A DNA stretch of 64,000 bases from a virus, in the IMG/VR virus record IMGVR_UViG_3300033997_000478, positions 168,675 through 232,674 of that record; one strand, 5' to 3'. This document shows positions 60,426-64,000 of the stretch, piece after piece. Position numbers and translations under genes: made by a program. How positions within the stretch are numbered: position 1 is the stretch's first letter; every line of letters starts with the position of its first letter. Below the pieces are notes generated by a model. That model was not told the origin of the DNA, searched no databases, and was given only the letters and a program-made list of their open reading frames with translations.

Positions 60426-61064
60426 ATGAAACTCACACCTGCTCAGCAACGCTTTCGGCAGAATCAAATCACCAACGTCAGCCTGGAAGGTGACGCGGAT
60501 GGTTCGACCAAAGTCGAGAAAGAGATCGTCACCTTCGGCAAGATCGTAGACTTCAAGCAGCTCGAAAAGGCCGACCGCAAGGAACGCCAAGAGCAATGGG
60601 AACTGCGCTCCAAAGATGGTGACAACCTGCACGGTGGTTGCATTCGCATTCGGTGTATTGACGAGAAGAAGTACATCCTGACCGTCAAGACGTTTGTCCC
60701 GGACAAGGGCAATCTGTCGGAAACCGAAACCGAACTGGACGCCGAAGCCGGTAAGGCCATGCTGAAAGAGTTCTCCAAACTCTCCAGCGGTGGCATGATC
60801 AAAACGCGTTACTTCTTCAACGTCCCCGACTCGGAGTTGGTCTGGGAAGTGGACGTGTACTACGACGAGAAGGGTAACCCTCGTGAGTGGTGCAAGATCG
60901 ATCTGGAGGTGACGGACATGCGCATCAAGCGTCCGGAGCTTCCGATTGAACTGAAGGAGGCTCGTGAGATTCCGCCAAAGAATCGCAGCGAGGAAGAGCA
61001 GAAGTTCGTGGAGCGGCTGATGAGTAAGGAATTCATTACTCCCAATCCGTATCCGGCCAAGTGA
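60426..61064 (+). CDS. CYTH-like domain protein (triphosphate tunnel metalloenzyme / CyaB-like)
   Basis: EKEI near the N-terminus, RIRCIDEKKYILTVK (RxR...TxK), acidic ETETELDAE, and KTRYFFNVPDSELVWEVDVYYDEKGNPREWCKIDLEV matching the CYTH C-terminal KTRY...E.D.f....ElE pattern. Confidence 0.5.
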   Translation: MKLTPAQQRFRQNQITNVSLEGDADGSTKVEKEIVTFGKIVDFKQLEKADRKERQEQWELRSKDGDNLHGGCIRIRCIDEKKYILTVKTFVPDKGNLSETETELDAEAGKAMLKEFSKLSSGGMIKTRYFFNVPDSELVWEVDVYYDEKGNPREWCKIDLEVTDMRIKRPELPIELKEAREIPPKNRSEEEQKFVERLMSKEFITPNPYPAK

Positions 61065-61071
61065 TGGCATA

Positions 61072-61120
61072 ATGTCCCCCTGCCTTCGGGCAGGGGGCAT
61101 ACCCTCTTATTTGTTTTTTG
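61072..61120 (+). terminator. intrinsic terminator (atg-t-ccccctgcc-ttcg-ggcaggggg-cat + accctcttatttgttttttg)
   Basis: 9-bp GC stem plus 3 outer pairs, T-run. Confidence 0.75.
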
Positions 61121-61150
61121 CCCATCCATTACGGATGGGTGCTTATGCCC
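61121..61150 (+). terminator. second tandem hairpin (cccatcc-attac-ggatggg + tgcttatgccc)
   Basis: 7-bp stem with the YTTATGC tail. Confidence 0.45.
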
Positions 61151-61217
61151 TTGATTCAAACAGAAGTCAAACCCGTATCATCTTCTTGAACCAACAACCA
61201 AACCTGGAGTAAACGCT

Positions 61218-61490
61218 ATGTACCGTAACCTTGGTACCGGCGGCCGACTCCTCTGGGGTCTGACCGTCTTTGTTATCTGGTGTGTGCTGTTTGGATATTC
61301 CGTCAAGGTGTTCAACGCAGTGCACGAGGTAGTCACTGACTGGCTGTATCCTGCGGTTTATGCTGGTGGTTTCTCAAGCATTGTCGCCTCGGTCATTGAG
61401 CTGTTGACTGTGGTGATTGGCATTCTCGTTTTCCCAGGCACTGCGACCTGGGGGCTTTATTTCGCCAATAAGAAACTCAAGGGTAACTGA
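61218..61490 (+). CDS. small membrane protein (2 TM)
   Basis: RBS ctggagtaaacgctATG. Hydrophobic LLWGLTVFVIWCVLFGY and FSSIVASVIELLTVVIGILVF. Confidence 0.4.
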   Translation: MYRNLGTGGRLLWGLTVFVIWCVLFGYSVKVFNAVHEVVTDWLYPAVYAGGFSSIVASVIELLTVVIGILVFPGTATWGLYFANKKLKGN

Positions 61491-61491
61491 C

Positions 61492-61674
61492 ATGAAACAC
61501 CAATTCACTGCAAGCGACTTCGACGATCATATGGACCGTTGCTCTGACTGCCGCCACGATCCACTCAACCCGTGCCAGGAGGGACGCCGCACCCTCCACG
61601 ACTCGGTGCGTGAGGGTCGGGCTAGTCCCTTCGATCGTCGGCTGCACAACTCCTTTGATGACAGTGAGGAATGA
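61492..61674 (+). CDS. small Cys/His-containing protein (60 aa)
   Basis: ATGA-type overlap with the upstream gene. CSDCRHDPLNPC motif. Confidence 0.3.
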   Translation: MKHQFTASDFDDHMDRCSDCRHDPLNPCQEGRRTLHDSVREGRASPFDRRLHNSFDDSEE

Positions 61675-61675
61675 G

Positions 61676-62221
61676 ATGGACCTGAGGAAACCTGAAGGGG
61701 TGACTGTGTGCTTGATCGCTGCCGTGGACAAGAACGGTGCAATCGGTACTGGCAACAAGTTACCCTGGCACCACCCGCTGGAGATGAAGTACTTTCGCCA
61801 GATGACGATCAACAGCACAGTTCTGATGGGCGCCAATACCTGGCGCTCGCTGGGCTGCAAGCCGTTGGTGCAGCGTCGCAACATCGTGCTGACCTCCGAT
61901 CCGGAGCAGTTCGGTGAGCCGTCGCTGGATACGCATTTCATCTCCGACCCGAATGAAGCCTTCAAGCTTCTGAAGTCGGACGAACTGCTGGTCATCGGCG
62001 GGGCCAAGGTGTATGAACTGTTCCTGCCGTTGGCGGACTACCTGTTCATCACCGAGATCGACATCGAAGTGGAAGCACCTGATGCATACTTCCCCAGGTT
62101 CGATGAAGCGGCCTTCCATCCGGTACAGCGCTACCCGCGCGAGCCGGAAGTGTATGGCGATGTGATGTTGCCTGCCTGGACACCCACCACCCGTGCTCGC
62201 ATCATCCCCGAGCGCAGCTGA
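61676..62221 (+). CDS. folA: dihydrofolate reductase
   Basis: LIAAVDKNGAIGTGNKLPWHHPLEMKYFRQMT ... VLMGANTWRSLGCKPLVQRRNIVLTS ... LVIGGAKVYE are the DHFR signature blocks. Confidence 0.85.
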   Translation: MDLRKPEGVTVCLIAAVDKNGAIGTGNKLPWHHPLEMKYFRQMTINSTVLMGANTWRSLGCKPLVQRRNIVLTSDPEQFGEPSLDTHFISDPNEAFKLLKSDELLVIGGAKVYELFLPLADYLFITEIDIEVEAPDAYFPRFDEAAFHPVQRYPREPEVYGDVMLPAWTPTTRARIIPERS

Positions 62222-62223
62222 CG

Positions 62224-62277
62224 GCATAGCCCCTCCCTGCACTAGCAGGGAGGGGCGTTATGCGGTCTTACTTTTTT
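62224..62277. terminator. bidirectional terminator between convergent genes (gcata-g-cccctccctgc-acta-gcagggagggg-cgttatgc + ggtcttacttttttgtt)
   Basis: 12-bp GC stem with outer extension. T-run on the + side. The minus-strand stop is at 62279. Confidence 0.7.
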
Positions 62278-62278
62278 G

Positions 62279-64000
62279 TTACGCCTGCGGGACTTCTTCA
62301 GGCGGCATGACCTTCGTGCGGACGTAGTTCTGCTGACGCACGATCGTGGCCAGCGGGTACTCGCCGATATTCACGTAGGCATTCTGACCGTAGATCAGGT
62401 AGCCGTCGGTGTTGGAGTTACCCGTGTTGGCCTTGTCCACCAGGATGCCCTTGACGTTCGAGCAGGACAGCGGCAGACGTTCCGGCATCAGCTGACCGTT
62501 CTCGTCAATCACGAACACGTCGCGATTGTGACCGAAGCGGTTGCCGTTCGAATCGCGCCACCAGGCCGTACGCTTGGCCACCATGAAGCCGCTCTGGTCG
62601 CTCAGCGGGACCAGATCGACCAAGCCGTAGCCATCGCTCTGGCTCTCGTCGGAACCTTCCAGAATGCGACCATTCCAGGCCGGATCCACCTTCCAGTCCG
62701 AGGTCAACCGTTCGACCGTGAACAGGTCGTAGTCGTAGGTCGGATTGGCCAGACGGGTCCGGCTGCTGTACACGATCCAGCCGTTGGTGTACGGGCAGGC
62801 GTAGACCTTGTAAATCTGGCAGTTCTGGTTGGCCTTGAACGGCTGGGCATTGGATGCCGGCACCGTACCGTCGGACTTGATCAGGATCGGCTGATAGCCC
62901 TTGGTGCCGCCCTGGTTGACGATCAGATCGCCGTTGGGCAGCATCAGCGCCGAACGGAAGTCGATGTCGGCCAGCGAACCGCCCGGATTCATCGGGTTGT
63001 TCCAGCTACCGTCCACCGTACCATCAGCGTTGAACTTGGCGATGTAGTAGCAGTCGTTAACGCCGACCTTACGCAGTGCGCTGGAGATCAGGAACACCTT
63101 ACCGTCGGGGGTGACCGACAGGGTGGCATTGTTGACGTTGCGACCACCGAACTGGTCGATCAGGTCCGGCTGCGGCCAGACCGTGGCCGTGCCACCGTTG
63201 GGTGCCACACGAGCAAAACCGTAGAAGGTCACGTTGTTGACGCGGGTAATGCTGCCGGACATCAGGATGCTGTCATCCTGACACACCACCACGCTGGTCA
63301 GATCGTTGATCGTGGTGTTGCTGGCCGAGAAGGCCGGTGTGAAGCTGGTGTCCAGCGAACCCATGCGCGTGGTCGGATCACCGACATTGCCCCGATCGGC
63401 CTTGAGGCGGAACAGGTAGCGGTTGGCGTTGACACCGGCCACATTGGCGAAGGGACCTGCGACCAGGACCTTACCGTCGGACTGCTGCACAGCATGGGTC
63501 ACGTAGGCGGCAACTTCGGTATTGCTACCGATGTTGTCAGCCGGCGACGGGCTGGGGTAACGCATGTCGTTGACCGGCGGAATGACCGGGGTGTAGACCG
63601 GCTCGGCCGTACCTTCAGCAGTGGCCGTCACGTAGGTGGCCTGCTCGGTCAGGTCAACGTCCTTGAACAGGTCCTCGGTGCCGGTTCCGTACTGCCAACC
63701 ACCGAAGGTCTCGCGGTCGGTCGTCCAAGCCAGGAACTCGCCGTCAGCGTCAGCGCGCTTGCCGGAGATCACAATGCGTTCGCCGTTGTCGTAGATACGG
63801 CCTTCGCTGATGCGGCTGTCTTGCAGTACCACACCTTGCTCAGCGTCGGAATTGCCGATGGTACGGTAGAGTACGATGCCGTAGCGGTCGAACGGGACAC
63901 CTTGGTCGTCGTTGATCGAGGCGCGGTCGATATAGATCAGCACCTTGTTGCCGACCACAGCCATGTGCTTGAACTCACCTGCACCCGGTGCTTCGGTGGC
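62279..64000 (-). CDS. delta-60-repeat (beta-propeller) protein, N-terminus beyond the window
   Basis: Repeats such as DGKVLVAGPFANVAGVNANRYLFRLKADRGNVGDPT...SLDTSF and DGKVFLISSALRKVGVNDCYYIAKFNADGTVDGSW match the delta-60 repeat pattern. The frame is open upstream of the first Met to the window end. Only large minus-strand gene. Confidence 0.55.
   Translation of the reverse strand, partial: ATEAPGAGEFKHMAVVGNKVLIYIDRASINDDQGVPFDRYGIVLYRTIGNSDAEQGVVLQDSRISEGRIYDNGERIVISGKRADADGEFLAWTTDRETFGGWQYGTGTEDLFKDVDLTEQATYVTATAEGTAEPVYTPVIPPVNDMRYPSPSPADNIGSNTEVAAYVTHAVQQSDGKVLVAGPFANVAGVNANRYLFRLKADRGNVGDPTTRMGSLDTSFTPAFSASNTTINDLTSVVVCQDDSILMSGSITRVNNVTFYGFARVAPNGGTATVWPQPDLIDQFGGRNVNNATLSVTPDGKVFLISSALRKVGVNDCYYIAKFNADGTVDGSWNNPMNPGGSLADIDFRSALMLPNGDLIVNQGGTKGYQPILIKSDGTVPASNAQPFKANQNCQIYKVYACPYTNGWIVYSSRTRLANPTYDYDLFTVERLTSDWKVDPAWNGRILEGSDESQSDGYGLVDLVPLSDQSGFMVAKRTAWWRDSNGNRFGHNRDVFVIDENGQLMPERLPLSCSNVKGILVDKANTGNSNTDGYLIYGQNAYVNIGEYPLATIVRQQNYVRTKVMPPEEVPQA

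Overview
The window is dominated by the nucleotide-metabolism and DNA-replication region of a large virulent dsDNA phage, probably a jumbo or T4-like phage of a high-GC Gram-negative host (about 58-62% GC). Roughly 95 densely packed genes run almost uniformly on the + strand. Many are translationally coupled, with ATGA or 4-20 nt start/stop overlaps. About 22 intrinsic-terminator hairpins (GC stem, often TTCG loop) punctuate the genes, each followed by a conserved YTTATGC motif. Recognisable genes are a dCTP deaminase, a histidine phosphatase, a SpoT-like HD (p)ppGpp hydrolase, a MazG-like protein, an NAD-dependent DNA ligase, a RecJ exonuclease, a macro-domain protein, a tandem GNAT acetyltransferase, an SPFH/band-7 membrane protein, PhoH, dihydrofolate reductase, an HslV-like peptidase, a SleB-like cell-wall hydrolase lipoprotein and a CYTH-like protein. 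The class Ia RNR operon is the most elaborate locus: nrdA carries an N-terminal thioredoxin-fold CPHC domain, a free-standing HNH homing endonuclease sits between nrdA and nrdB, and nrdB is interrupted by a 328-aa intein. Only two genes are on the - strand: a small membrane protein (42256-42537) with its own divergent control region, and a delta-60-repeat beta-propeller protein at the 3' edge of the window. There are two lower-GC islands. One (15191-16426) is ORF-poor, flanked by terminators, and may encode structured RNA or a small overlapping gene pair. The other (52520-56140) carries the SleB-like hydrolase, a second HNH endonuclease and unknown genes. No tRNA, rRNA or CRISPR array was seen. 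The long antisense ORFs in the six-frame track are treated as GC-driven artefacts.
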